This document shows positions 22,061 to 31,879 of a stretch of DNA of 64,000 nt, one piece after another. The notes under the pieces were generated by a model. That model did not search any database. It saw only the letters and a program-made list of their open reading frames with translations, and was not told where the DNA came from. Position numbers and translations under genes: made by a program. This stretch comes from Gammaproteobacteria bacterium. Lineage in GTDB: Bacteria > Pseudomonadota > Gammaproteobacteria > CAJXQU01. Position 1 is the first letter of the stretch; the number at the start of each line of letters is the position of its first letter. The stretch spans positions 448,001 to 512,000 of the forward strand of contig CBDEGZ010000003.1 of assembly GCA_965238175.1 (NCBI GenBank). The letters run 5' to 3'.

Positions 22061-22064
22061 CTGC

Positions 22065-22538
22065 GTGAAACTGACAACCAAAGGCCGATATGCCGTAACG
22101 GCGATGCTCGATCTTGCTATCCATGACAGCAAAGGTCCAGTCTCATTAGCTGAAATTTCATTACGGCAAGGAATATCCCTCTCCTATCTTGAACAGTTAT
22201 TCTCTCGGTTACGAAAGCAAGAGCTTGTGATTAGTTCAAGGGGTCCAGGTGGTGGTTATCAGTTAGGTTCGGCGGCTTATGATATTTCAGTAGCTGCAGT
22301 GATTGCTGCAGTTAATGAAAGTGTTGATGCAACAAAGTGTGGTGGTGAGAAAAATTGTCAGGGCGAAGAGCGTTGTTTAACGCATGAATTATGGGATGAC
22401 CTTAGCGATCATATTTATGTTTTCTTAAATGAAATTTCGCTAGGAGATCTCGTGAAAAAGAAAAATGTAAGGGAAGTTTCAAATAGACAAGATGGCTGTG
22501 TGATAGACACAGAATTACTCGGAAGAGAGGCGGGCTAA
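22065..22538 (+). CDS. iscR: Fe-S cluster regulator IscR (Rrf2 family)
   Basis: [36 protein letters not shown]5-C-X5-CLTH ligands. Confidence 0.95.
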   Translation: MKLTTKGRYAVTAMLDLAIHDSKGPVSLAEISLRQGISLSYLEQLFSRLRKQELVISSRGPGGGYQLGSAAYDISVAAVIAAVNESVDATKCGGEKNCQGEERCLTHELWDDLSDHIYVFLNEISLGDLVKKKNVREVSNRQDGCVIDTELLGREAG

Positions 22539-22856
22539 ATGACATTAACCGACAGAGCAGCAGAACATGTTAAAAAATTTCTGCAAGCACAAAGTGCGGA
22601 AGGATTACGTGTTAGCGTTAAGCCAACGGGTTGTTCAGGTTATTCCTATGTTGTTGATACAGCAGATAAGATTACTGGGAGTGATCAAATCTTTGAGTCT
22701 AGAGGGATCAAGATTGTTGTTGGAGAAACCAGCATCGATTATCTAAAAGGAACGGAGTTAGATTATGTCCGTGAAGGGTTGAATGAAGGTTTTAAATTCA
22801 ATAATCCCAATGTTGCGGAAACTTGTGGCTGTGGTGAAAGCTTCACGATTGACTAA
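22539..22856 (+). CDS. sufA: A-type Fe-S carrier (SufA/IscA)
   Basis: TGCSGYSY and CGCGESF. Confidence 0.9.
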   Translation: MTLTDRAAEHVKKFLQAQSAEGLRVSVKPTGCSGYSYVVDTADKITGSDQIFESRGIKIVVGETSIDYLKGTELDYVREGLNEGFKFNNPNVAETCGCGESFTID

Positions 22857-22871
22857 CAGGACAGTAATTAA

Positions 22872-24320
22872 ATGAGCACAAAACCACAAGAAGTTGAGTC
22901 CTTCGTTGGTAAAGAATATGAAGCAGGCTTTGTTACCGACGTTGAAACAGATACGGTTCCGCCTGGATTGAACGAAGATGTTATCCGACTAATTTCTGCT
23001 AAAAAAGAAGAGCCTGAATGGTTGCTACAATGGAGATTGAAAGCCTATCGTCACTGGCTAACGATGACCGAGCCTAATTGGCAAAATGTTCATTACCCAC
23101 CGATCGATTATCAAGCGAGTTCTTATTACTCAGCGCCCAAATCTAAAGATGACGCTCCGAAGAGTTTAGACGAAGTTGATCCTGAATTACTGGAAACTTA
23201 CGAAAAATTAGGTATTCCCTTGCGCGAACAAGAAATGCTCGCGGGTGTTGCCGTTGATGCTGTTTTTGACAGCGTCTCTGTTGCCACCACATTTAAAGCA
23301 AAGTTAGCAGAAGCCGGTGTCATTTTTGGATCTTTTTCTGAAGCGGTAAAAGAACATCCTGAACTGGTTAAACAATATTTAGGAACGGTTGTTCCAACAT
23401 CAGACAATTTTTATGCGGCTTTAAATTCAGCGGTTTTTACTGATGGGTCATTTTGTTACATCCCGAAAGGTGTGCGTTGCCCGATGGAACTATCTACCTA
23501 CTTTCGCATTAATGCATCAAATACCGGTCAGTTTGAACGAACCTTGATCATTGCCGATGAAGGCAGTCATGTGAGTTACCTGGAAGGTTGTACTGCACCG
23601 ATGCGTGATGAAAATCAACTGCATGCAGCAGTTGTAGAATTGGTTGTTTTGGATGATGCTGAGATCAAATATTCAACAGTACAAAATTGGTATCCAGGCG
23701 ACGAAAATGGTGTTGGTGGAATTTATAATTTTGTTACCAAACGCGCAGATTGCCGAGGCAAGAACTCAAAGGTTTCATGGACGCAAGTTGAAACGGGATC
23801 AGCCATTACCTGGAAATATCCTAGCTGTATTTTACAAGGTGAAAATTCCGTCGGTGAGTTTTATTCAGTCGCACTGACCAATAATATGCAACAAGCAGAC
23901 ACCGGAACAAAAATGATCCATATGGGTAAAAATACACGTAGCACGATCATCTCCAAAGGTATTTCTGCTGGACGTGCTCAAAATGCTTATCGAGGACTGG
24001 TTAAAATAACCAAAGGAGCCGAAGATGCACGTAATTTTACTCAGTGTGATTCATTATTGATTGGTGATCGTTGTGGCGCGCATACCTTCCCCTATATCGA
24101 AGTTAAAAACCAAACAGCCCAGGTTGAGCACGAAGCCTCGACATCTAAAATTGACGAAGATCAACTTTTCTATTGTATGCAGCGCGGTATTTCAGAAGAA
24201 GATGCCGTCAATATGATCGTTAATGGATTTTGTAAAGAAGTCTTTAAAGAATTACCGATGGAATTTGCTGTCGAAGCGCAAAAACTTTTAGCCGTCAGCC
24301 TTGAAGGCGCAGTCGGTTAA
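22872..24320 (+). CDS. sufB: Fe-S assembly protein SufB
   Basis: [36 protein letters not shown]. Confidence 0.98.
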   Translation: MSTKPQEVESFVGKEYEAGFVTDVETDTVPPGLNEDVIRLISAKKEEPEWLLQWRLKAYRHWLTMTEPNWQNVHYPPIDYQASSYYSAPKSKDDAPKSLDEVDPELLETYEKLGIPLREQEMLAGVAVDAVFDSVSVATTFKAKLAEAGVIFGSFSEAVKEHPELVKQYLGTVVPTSDNFYAALNSAVFTDGSFCYIPKGVRCPMELSTYFRINASNTGQFERTLIIADEGSHVSYLEGCTAPMRDENQLHAAVVELVVLDDAEIKYSTVQNWYPGDENGVGGIYNFVTKRADCRGKNSKVSWTQVETGSAITWKYPSCILQGENSVGEFYSVALTNNMQQADTGTKMIHMGKNTRSTIISKGISAGRAQNAYRGLVKITKGAEDARNFTQCDSLLIGDRCGAHTFPYIEVKNQTAQVEHEASTSKIDEDQLFYCMQRGISEEDAVNMIVNGFCKEVFKELPMEFAVEAQKLLAVSLEGAVG

Positions 24321-25094
24321 TTGGAGAATAATCAGGAAAAACGAATGCTAAATATTTCAGATCTACATGTCAATGTTGAAAGTAAAGAAATCCTCAAAGG
24401 CTTGAATTTGGAAGTCAAAGCGGGAGAAGTCCACGCGATTATGGGTCCAAACGGATCGGGTAAAAGCACCCTCGCCCACGTTTTGAGTGGACGCGATGGT
24501 TATCAGGTCACCAAAGGATCTGTCGAATTTGATGGGAAAGATTTACTCGAATTATCTCCTGAAGAACGTGCGCGTGAAGGTGTTTTTCTTGCGTTTCAAT
24601 ATCCAGTAGAAATCCCTGGCGTCAATAATGCCTATATGCTTAAAGCTGCTCTAAATGCAATTCGTACACACCGCGGCGAGAATGAATTGGATGCCATGGA
24701 CTTTATGGCATTTGTGAAAGACAAAGTAAAGTTAGTGCAATTGAAAGAAGACTTGTTACAAAGATCAGTGAATGAAGGTTTTTCTGGTGGTGAAAAGAAA
24801 CGTAATGAAATCTTCCAAATGGCGGTGCTGGAACCTAAGCTCGCTATTTTAGATGAAACAGATTCAGGTCTTGATATCGACGCACTGAAAATTGTTGCCG
24901 AAGGTGTAAATGCATTACGTACACCTGATCGAAGTATGATTATGATCACACATTACCAACGTTTGCTGAATTATATTGAGCCTGATTTCGTGCATGTTTT
25001 GGCCGATGGCCAGATCATAAAATCAGGTGGTAAAGAACTCGCACTAGAACTTGAAAAACGCGGTTACGACTGGGTACGTGAAGAGGCTGCGTAA
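24321..25094 (+). CDS. sufC: Fe-S assembly ATPase SufC
   Basis: GPNGSGKST, FSGGEKKRNE, LDETDSGLDIDAL; start may be the internal ATG at 24345. Confidence 0.97.
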   Translation: MENNQEKRMLNISDLHVNVESKEILKGLNLEVKAGEVHAIMGPNGSGKSTLAHVLSGRDGYQVTKGSVEFDGKDLLELSPEERAREGVFLAFQYPVEIPGVNNAYMLKAALNAIRTHRGENELDAMDFMAFVKDKVKLVQLKEDLLQRSVNEGFSGGEKKRNEIFQMAVLEPKLAILDETDSGLDIDALKIVAEGVNALRTPDRSMIMITHYQRLLNYIEPDFVHVLADGQIIKSGGKELALELEKRGYDWVREEAA

Positions 25095-26413
25095 TGGGAA
25101 CCCGGTTATCACAACAATTTACTGAGCGTAAAGATTCTTTTGTGGGCGCTTCCGTTCCATGGTTAAACGCTGCACGTGAACAAGGAATTGATCATTTCTC
25201 TGAAGTTGGCTTCCCTACCGTACGAGATGAGGCGTGGAAATATACCAATATTTCCCCGATCGAAAAACATGATTTTCAATTGACGGATAATGAAGATATA
25301 TTTCTTGTAAAAGAAGATATTAATGAATTTCGTTTTAATCAACTAAACACCAACGAACTCGTTTTTGTTAATGGAAAATTCGCATCTCACTTAAGCCAAT
25401 TTGATCAAAACGATGGCGCTGTTTTAGAAAACATGTCGGATTGGTTGGTTAATAAAGCCGATCAAGATTTAAGTATTAAAACCAATGATAATGTTTTTGC
25501 TTCGCTAAACAATGCCTTCATGACCGATGGTGCCGTACTGCACATCGAAAAAAATATCTCCTTAGAAAAACCAATTCATTTAATCTTCATTTCTACGCAA
25601 ACAGATGAAAAGATAATGTCTTATCCAAGAATTGATATTCGTCTCGACGCAAATGCCGAAGCGACGGTAATCGAAAGTTATGTTTGCTTAACAGATGAAG
25701 ATACTTCTGTAAAAAATTTAACAAATACATTAACAAATATTGTTGCTGGGCCAAATAGCCAGTTAGAACATTATCGAATTCAACAAGAAAGTCTTGCTGC
25801 CTATCATATTGGAAATATTCTTATTGATCAGCAAAAAGACAGTCGCGTAACATCACATTCGATTTCATTAGGTGCTTCTATTGCACGTGTTGATATTAAA
25901 GTAAAACTTTCCGAAGCTGGATCAGAAAATATTTTAAACGGTTTGTTTATGGGCAAGGGTCGTCAGCATACGGATCATCATATCCTCGTTGATCATCTTA
26001 ATCCGCACACACGAAGTGAAGAATATTTCAAAGGCATTATGGATGATGGTAGCCGTGGTGTTTTTAATGGCAAAGTTATTGTCCATAAAGATGCACAGAA
26101 AATTGAAGCGATCCAGTCGAATAAAAATTTATTGCTTTCGCCAAGTGCCGAAGTTGATACAAAACCCGAATTAGAAATTTATGCAGATGATGTGAAATGT
26201 GCGCATGGTGCAACTATTGGTCGGCTTAATGATGCAGAGTTATTTTATCTACAATCCCGTGGTATTAGTGCAGAAAAAGCAACCGCGTTACTGACTTATG
26301 CGTTTGCAGATGATGTTATCAGTCGAATGAATATTGCGCCCGTACGAGAATATCTGGAACAGAAAATAGTCGGGCAACTTTCATCACTTGAGAATCTTAA
26401 GGATCTAGTGTGA
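25094..26413 (+). CDS. sufD: Fe-S assembly protein SufD
   Basis: FPTVRDEAWKYT, KPELEIYADDVKCAHGAT. Confidence 0.96.
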   Translation: MGTRLSQQFTERKDSFVGASVPWLNAAREQGIDHFSEVGFPTVRDEAWKYTNISPIEKHDFQLTDNEDIFLVKEDINEFRFNQLNTNELVFVNGKFASHLSQFDQNDGAVLENMSDWLVNKADQDLSIKTNDNVFASLNNAFMTDGAVLHIEKNISLEKPIHLIFISTQTDEKIMSYPRIDIRLDANAEATVIESYVCLTDEDTSVKNLTNTLTNIVAGPNSQLEHYRIQQESLAAYHIGNILIDQQKDSRVTSHSISLGASIARVDIKVKLSEAGSENILNGLFMGKGRQHTDHHILVDHLNPHTRSEEYFKGIMDDGSRGVFNGKVIVHKDAQKIEAIQSNKNLLLSPSAEVDTKPELEIYADDVKCAHGATIGRLNDAELFYLQSRGISAEKATALLTYAFADDVISRMNIAPVREYLEQKIVGQLSSLENLKDLV

Positions 26414-27669
26414 ACGTGGTTAGCAAGAATATTAAAAGCGAGATCGAAAACGAGATCGTCGAAAACTGGCGCAAAGATTTTCCTATTCTTGATCAAAAAG
26501 TAAGCGGAAAAAATCTTGTTTATTTAGACAACGCAGCAACTACGCAAAAACCGAACTCTGTCATCGAAATAATCAACCGTTACTATTCTAAAATCAATTC
26601 CAATATACATCGCGGTGTTCATACGCTCAGTCAATTAGCCACAGATGAATATGAAGACACGCGTGAAAAAGTTCGGCAGTTTTTAAATGCGAAAAGTCTA
26701 GCGGAAATTATTTTTACGCGGGGTACGACAGAAGCGATCAACTTGATTGCAGAATCGTGGGGTGGATCAGAACTACAAACTGGGGATGAAGTGATCATTT
26801 CTGCTATGGAACATCATGCGAACATTGTTCCTTGGCAAATTATTTGTGAAAAAACCAGTGCGAAATTAAACGTCATTCCAATGAATGATAATGGCGAATT
26901 ATTGATCGATGAGTATAAAAAATTGATCAATGAAAAAACTAAAATTGTTGCCCTTGTCCATATCTCCAATGCGTTAGGAACAATTAATCCAGTAAAAGAA
27001 ATAATTGATATTGCGCGTGCGCATGATGCACTTGTTTTACTTGATGGTGCACAAGCTGTTGCTCATATGGGAATAGATGTACAGGCATTGGATTGTGATT
27101 TTTATGTTTTTTCAGGACATAAACTTTATGGGCCAACGGGTATTGGCGTTCTCTACGGTAAAGAAAAACTGTTAGAAAAAATGCCGCCCTACCAAAGTGG
27201 TGGCGACATGATCCGCACGGTTACCTTCGAAAAAACTGAGTACAACGATCTACCGTATAAATTTGAAGCAGGAACACCGAATATTGCAGGTACTATCGGA
27301 CTTGGCTCAGCAATAGACTATGTTTTAGAAATTGGTTTTGATGCGATTGCTACTCATGAAAATGCGCTGCTCGAATATGCCACTGAAGAATTACAATCAC
27401 TTCCTGGTTTTCGAGCAATTGGAACGGCAAAACAAAAAGCCAGCGTACTTTCGTTTGTTATTAAAGGCGTACATCCACATGACTTAGGTACGATTCTAGA
27501 TACAGAAGGGATCGCGACTCGAACCGGACATCACTGTGCAATGCCAGTGATGACATACTTTGGAGTGCCGGCAACTGCGAGAGCGTCATTTGCGTTATAC
27601 AACACAAAATCCGAAGTTGATGTATTGAAAAATGGATTGATCAAAACAATGGAGATAATGGGTGTTTGA
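26410..27669 (+). CDS. sufS: Cysteine desulfurase SufS
   Basis: YLDNAATTQKP, SGHKLYGPTG, RTGHHCA. Confidence 0.97.
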   Translation: MNVVSKNIKSEIENEIVENWRKDFPILDQKVSGKNLVYLDNAATTQKPNSVIEIINRYYSKINSNIHRGVHTLSQLATDEYEDTREKVRQFLNAKSLAEIIFTRGTTEAINLIAESWGGSELQTGDEVIISAMEHHANIVPWQIICEKTSAKLNVIPMNDNGELLIDEYKKLINEKTKIVALVHISNALGTINPVKEIIDIARAHDALVLLDGAQAVAHMGIDVQALDCDFYVFSGHKLYGPTGIGVLYGKEKLLEKMPPYQSGGDMIRTVTFEKTEYNDLPYKFEAGTPNIAGTIGLGSAIDYVLEIGFDAIATHENALLEYATEELQSLPGFRAIGTAKQKASVLSFVIKGVHPHDLGTILDTEGIATRTGHHCAMPVMTYFGVPATARASFALYNTKSEVDVLKNGLIKTMEIMGV

Positions 27670-28123
27670 TCTAAAAGATTTATATCAGGAAATAATTGTT
27701 GATCATAATCGGTCACCACGGAATTATCGTGAGATCGAAAATCCTGATCTGACCGCTGTTGGCCACAATCCACTTTGTGGAGATAAACTGGTTGTTTATG
27801 TGAAACTTGAAGCAAATGTGATCAGTGATGTTAGTTTTCAAGGAGAAGGTTGTGCAATCTCGGTTGCCTCTGCTTCATTAATGACAGATCAACTTATCGG
27901 AAAAACTGAACAAGAAGCTGAAAAAATATTTACTACATTTCATCAGTTAGTGACCGATAGAGATTCAGAAATTGATCTGGAAAAAGTTGGTAAACTTGGC
28001 GCACTTGCAGGTGTAAGAGAATTTCCTGCTCGTGTAAAATGTGCCACCTTATGTTGGCATACGCTCAACACTGCGCTAGAAGATAAAGATAACAAAGACA
28101 ATGAGACCATATCTACAGAATAG
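27662..28123 (+). CDS. sufU: SufU sulfur-transfer/scaffold protein
   Basis: NPLCGD, GCAIS, PARVKCATL. Confidence 0.93.
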   Translation: MFDLKDLYQEIIVDHNRSPRNYREIENPDLTAVGHNPLCGDKLVVYVKLEANVISDVSFQGEGCAISVASASLMTDQLIGKTEQEAEKIFTTFHQLVTDRDSEIDLEKVGKLGALAGVREFPARVKCATLCWHTLNTALEDKDNKDNETISTE

Positions 28124-28133
28124 TGACATCAAC

Positions 28134-28688
28134 ATGGATGAGGCGATCACCATAGAGCGTGATTGCGAAGCGATTTTGATCCCGCAAGGAACGCCGATCA
28201 GTTTATATGCCGGTTCGATTGTTTTTATCACGCAAGCACTAGGCACTAGCTGCACGGTTAACATTAACGGTAATCTTGCGAGAGTAGAAGGAAAAGATCT
28301 GGACGCGCTTGGGTTTGAACCTTTCGAAACAAAAAAAGAAACAGAAATTGTCGGTGATGGTCGTGTTGAAGAAGGACTACTTTGGGAGCAAATGAATTCT
28401 TGTTACGATCCGGAAATTCCCGTTAGTATCGTTGAACTTGGTTTGATTTACGACTGCAAAGTTGCACCTGTCGAAGTCGATGGCAAACAAACTGGCAATA
28501 AAGTTAATGTCACCATGACGTTGACAGCCGCGGGTTGCGGCATGGGCGATATCCTCGTCCAAGATGTGAAAACAAAATTAGAAACTGTTCCAAATGTTAC
28601 CGAAGTTCATGTAGAAATGGTTTTTGATCCGCCGTGGAATCAAACCATGATGACTGAAGCAGCCAGGTTACAAATGGGATTATTCTAG
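28134..28688 (+). CDS. sufT: Fe-S assembly protein SufT (DUF59)
   Basis: YDPEIPVSIVELGL, MTLTAAGCGMG, VFDPPW; start at 28134 inferred. Confidence 0.9.
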   Translation: MDEAITIERDCEAILIPQGTPISLYAGSIVFITQALGTSCTVNINGNLARVEGKDLDALGFEPFETKKETEIVGDGRVEEGLLWEQMNSCYDPEIPVSIVELGLIYDCKVAPVEVDGKQTGNKVNVTMTLTAAGCGMGDILVQDVKTKLETVPNVTEVHVEMVFDPPWNQTMMTEAARLQMGLF

Positions 28689-28744
28689 ATGTATTTTAGG
28701 GATCGTTTTAAAATTGTTTAAAAGTATTCTAAGGGTTAGAAAAA

Positions 28745-29068
28745 ATGACAGATTGGGTAGATGTTGCTGCGGAAAATTCATTCGTTCAAGGTGAGAAAGT
28801 AAAAATTGATCTTGATGATGTAACACAAGTGGTCGTCGTAAAATTAGGCGACGGTTTTTATGCAATAGAAAATATGTGTTCACATGACCAACTACCATTA
28901 GGAGAAGGTGACATTGAAGGTGATGAAATCATCTGCCCTTTTCATAATGCCCGTTTCTGTCTAAAAACGGGTGAATTGAGAGCACCTCCTGCTTACGAAA
29001 ACATAGCGAGTTTTCCGACTCGTGTTGAAAATGGTCAAGTCCAAGTTCGTGATGATCGTTGGGATTGA
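28745..29068 (+). CDS. Rieske-type [2Fe-2S] ferredoxin
   Basis: CSH...CPFH Rieske ligands. Confidence 0.92.
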   Translation: MTDWVDVAAENSFVQGEKVKIDLDDVTQVVVVKLGDGFYAIENMCSHDQLPLGEGDIEGDEIICPFHNARFCLKTGELRAPPAYENIASFPTRVENGQVQVRDDRWD

Positions 29069-29109
29069 GACTATAAACGGATAGATTGTTGGTACATTTA
29101 GTTTTTCTA

Positions 29110-29318
29110 AAGAGTAAGTTTGGATTCAACTGATCGTTTTAAATTTCATCTATTGTGTAAGGATGTACCCCCCTTGAATTCGGATGAGACTAAAAATACT
29201 TCTAGGTTTCGAGTCTAGTCTCTGTGTAATATCACTATATCCATAACCCTGTCGCCAGAGTGACACAACAGTGTTGTTGTTCATTTTTTGTAGGCTTTCT
29301 TCTCTTTCTTTTTGTCAT
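29110..29318 (-). pseudogene. IS30-family transposase N-terminal remnant
   Basis: MTKRKRRK, frameshift, then LWRQGYGYSDITQRLDSKPRSIFSLIRIQGG resembling the IS30 N-terminal HTH; stops follow. Confidence 0.65.
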
Positions 29319-29338
29319 AACACACCCCATTAATCCGT

Positions 29339-29560
29339 GATGTTGGGTATTTAAAACATTTTCGGGCCCATTATGGTAACAATGAGTTTCAAGAGATAGG
29401 CAATGTCATAGCAGTGGAACCGAATCCTTTTGGAGCTATACGAAACGTCGCTAAGCAAATTCAATGGCATTAAGATGAATTTTGAGTTGCATCTAAAGGA
29501 ATCTGAATGGCGATGAAAACGGGAACTAGATGAATTGGCCAGAGAGCTTGGGAAGTTACT
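29339..29560 (+). pseudogene. IS1595-family transposase C-terminal remnant
   Basis: DVGYLKHFRAHYGNNEF / ESFWSYTKRR / SKFNGIKMNFELHLKESEWR* across two frameshifts. Confidence 0.75.
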
Positions 29561-29582
29561 CAATAATACTAATAACTTTAGT

Positions 29583-30808
29583 TGTAGAAGTTTAGACCCA
29601 ATCTGACACATCACTAAATCAAGCGGAGCGTAGCGACGCTTGATTTAGTGAGAGTTACCCGCTTTGATGTAACTGCAACGTAAACATCAAAACACAAAGA
29701 GGTAACTCTCATGATTCATACTAATGACAAAGTTATAAAACATAAAGTTGGTCTACTCAATCTCGCTGAAGAACTCGGCAATGTCTCAAAAGCCTGCAAG
29801 ATGATGGGTTTGTCCAGAGATACATTTTATCGCTACAAAGAAGCGGCTGATGAAGGCGGTGTAGAAGCCTTGTTTGATCGTAATCGGCGTACCCCAAATC
29901 TTAAAAACAGAATCGACCCGGCTATTGAAACCGTTGTGCTCGAGTATGCACTGGAAGAGCCCGCACATGGTCAAACGCGCACCAGTAACGAGCTGCGCAA
30001 ACGGGGAACATTTGTCTCACCCAGTGGCGTTCGTTGTATCTGGCTTCGTCATGGTCTTGCTTGCTTTAAAGATCGCCTGAAGGCATTGTCTGATAAGGTA
30101 GCTGGTGAAGGCTTGATCCTCACTGAGTCTCAAGTCGCGGCGATGGAACGCAAGAAAGACGACGATGAGGCTTGTGGCGAGATAGAGACGGCACACCCTG
30201 GTTATCTTGGCTCGCAAGATACTTACTATGTCGGTACTTTCAAAGGCATTGGTCGGGTTTATCAACAAACGTTTGTTGATACTTACAGCAAGGTCGCTCA
30301 CGCGAAACTGTACCCGACTAAAACACCGATTACGGCAGCTGACATGCTCAATGACCGCGTCCTCCCATTCTACGAAGAACAACGTTTGCCTATGTTGCGC
30401 ATTTTGACAGATAGAGGGACGGAGTATTGTGGGCGAGCTGACCAGCATGATTATCAGCTTTATATGGCGTTGAACAATATCGAACACACCAAAACCAAGG
30501 TCAAATCACCTCAGACGAATGGTATTTGTGAGCGATTCCATAAGACGATCCTCAATGAGTTTTATCAAGTCGCTTTGCGTAAGAAAATTTACCAATCGAT
30601 TGATGAACTGCAACTCGACCTTGACGAATGGTTGCTCAAATACAATACTCAACGAACTCACCAAGGCAAAATGTGCTGCGGGAGGACGCCGATGGAAACA
30701 CTCATCGACGGACAAGCTATCTGGAAGGAAAAGTTTGTGAACTAAACTTAACCTGACAGTCAGTTACAGAAAAAGGGGTAACTGTCAGATCAAGTCTGAA
30801 TTTCTACA
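29583..30808 (+). mobile_element. Complete IS481-family insertion sequence
   Basis: IRL TGTAGAAGTTTAGACCCAATCTGACA; IRR (reverse complement) TGTAGAAATTCAGACTTGATCTGACA; direct repeat CTTTAGT at 29576-29582 and 30809-30815. Confidence 0.93.
29711..30745 (+). CDS. IS481-family DDE transposase
   Basis: KVGLLNLAEELGNVSKAC, SQDT, LTDRGTEY, PQTNGICERF. Confidence 0.95.
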   Translation: MIHTNDKVIKHKVGLLNLAEELGNVSKACKMMGLSRDTFYRYKEAADEGGVEALFDRNRRTPNLKNRIDPAIETVVLEYALEEPAHGQTRTSNELRKRGTFVSPSGVRCIWLRHGLACFKDRLKALSDKVAGEGLILTESQVAAMERKKDDDEACGEIETAHPGYLGSQDTYYVGTFKGIGRVYQQTFVDTYSKVAHAKLYPTKTPITAADMLNDRVLPFYEEQRLPMLRILTDRGTEYCGRADQHDYQLYMALNNIEHTKTKVKSPQTNGICERFHKTILNEFYQVALRKKIYQSIDELQLDLDEWLLKYNTQRTHQGKMCCGRTPMETLIDGQAIWKEKFVN

Positions 30809-30810
30809 CT

Positions 30811-31719
30811 TTAGTCTAGAGCCTGACCAATTGTCATGAGCTTTTTTTGTTCATTTTTTATTACTTGAGTAAAAAAATCAGATACAGCTTTAACACGAGC
30901 CAATGGCCTCAGATCTTCATGAACGACCATCCAGTATTCACGAACAGCGAATATTTCGTGGGGTAAAATAGCTTTCATATGTTGATTTTCTGCGACGAGA
31001 AAGCAATGTAATAATGCCAGGCCAACATTATCAACCACGGCTTGATATTGGGCTTGTAAACTACTACTTCGAAATACGACATTCGCTCCGCTGAGCAGAT
31101 CTTGTAGGTATTTTAGTTGCGGAAATTCGATTTGATCATTTATATAGCTGATAAAATTGTGCCGATTTAGATCCTCGACAGATTTAATTTTGCCATGAGT
31201 TTGTAGATAATCATGATTAGCATAAAGTGCGAGCTTATATTCGCCCAGTTTCCAGGCGACTAATCTACCTGTCGTTGGTCGAGCCAGTGTTATCGCAATA
31301 TCGGCCTCTCGCTGTGACAGGCTTCGTGCTCTTGTATCAGCCAATAATTCCAATTTAATTCCCGGATGTAGTTTACGAAATTTACCAATATGTTTCGAAA
31401 TTATTCCGACGCCTAGTCCTTCGGGTACTGCCATTCTTACCGTACCGGTTAATTCAGTATTTTTTCCAGAAATTGATTGCTGAATTGAATTAACAGTTGT
31501 TTCTATCAGCTCTGCATCAGTCAGTAATTTGTGACCTGCTTGATTAAGTGAATAACCCTTTGGTGAGCGATCAAATAAATGAACTTCAAGATCATGTTCT
31601 AGCCGTGTTATTCGCCTGCCGACTGTCGTTGGTTCCACATTCAATTTTTTTGCAGCTTGTGTCAGTTTTCCACTACGGGCTAACTCTAGAAAAAAGTGAA
31701 GATCATTCCAATCGAACAT
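30811..31719 (-). CDS. LysR family regulator, divergent from mmsA
   Basis: MFDWNDLHFFLELARSG HTH, LFDRSPKGY; start at 31719 inferred. Confidence 0.93.
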   Translation of the reverse strand: MFDWNDLHFFLELARSGKLTQAAKKLNVEPTTVGRRITRLEHDLEVHLFDRSPKGYSLNQAGHKLLTDAELIETTVNSIQQSISGKNTELTGTVRMAVPEGLGVGIISKHIGKFRKLHPGIKLELLADTRARSLSQREADIAITLARPTTGRLVAWKLGEYKLALYANHDYLQTHGKIKSVEDLNRHNFISYINDQIEFPQLKYLQDLLSGANVVFRSSSLQAQYQAVVDNVGLALLHCFLVAENQHMKAILPHEIFAVREYWMVVHEDLRPLARVKAVSDFFTQVIKNEQKKLMTIGQALD

Positions 31720-31879
31720 AACGCAGCGCCCTAAGTTCATTAATCAAGTTAAAATGCATAAATGCATTATGAATGTTAATTATTCAGTATTGTACTGCAA
31801 ATATAACAGCTATATTCTCTTGTTCAAGAGTTAAGAATCATATTTTCAAAATCAATAGATCATTTAAGAGAAGTTTAAT

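Noticed and set aside
29351-29614. 87-aa minus-strand ORF
   Set aside because: Antisense to the IS1595 remnant and crosses the IS481 end; no recognisable motifs
30017-30715. Antisense ORFs within IS481 (156 aa and 69 aa)
   Set aside because: Shadow frames of the transposase with no independent support
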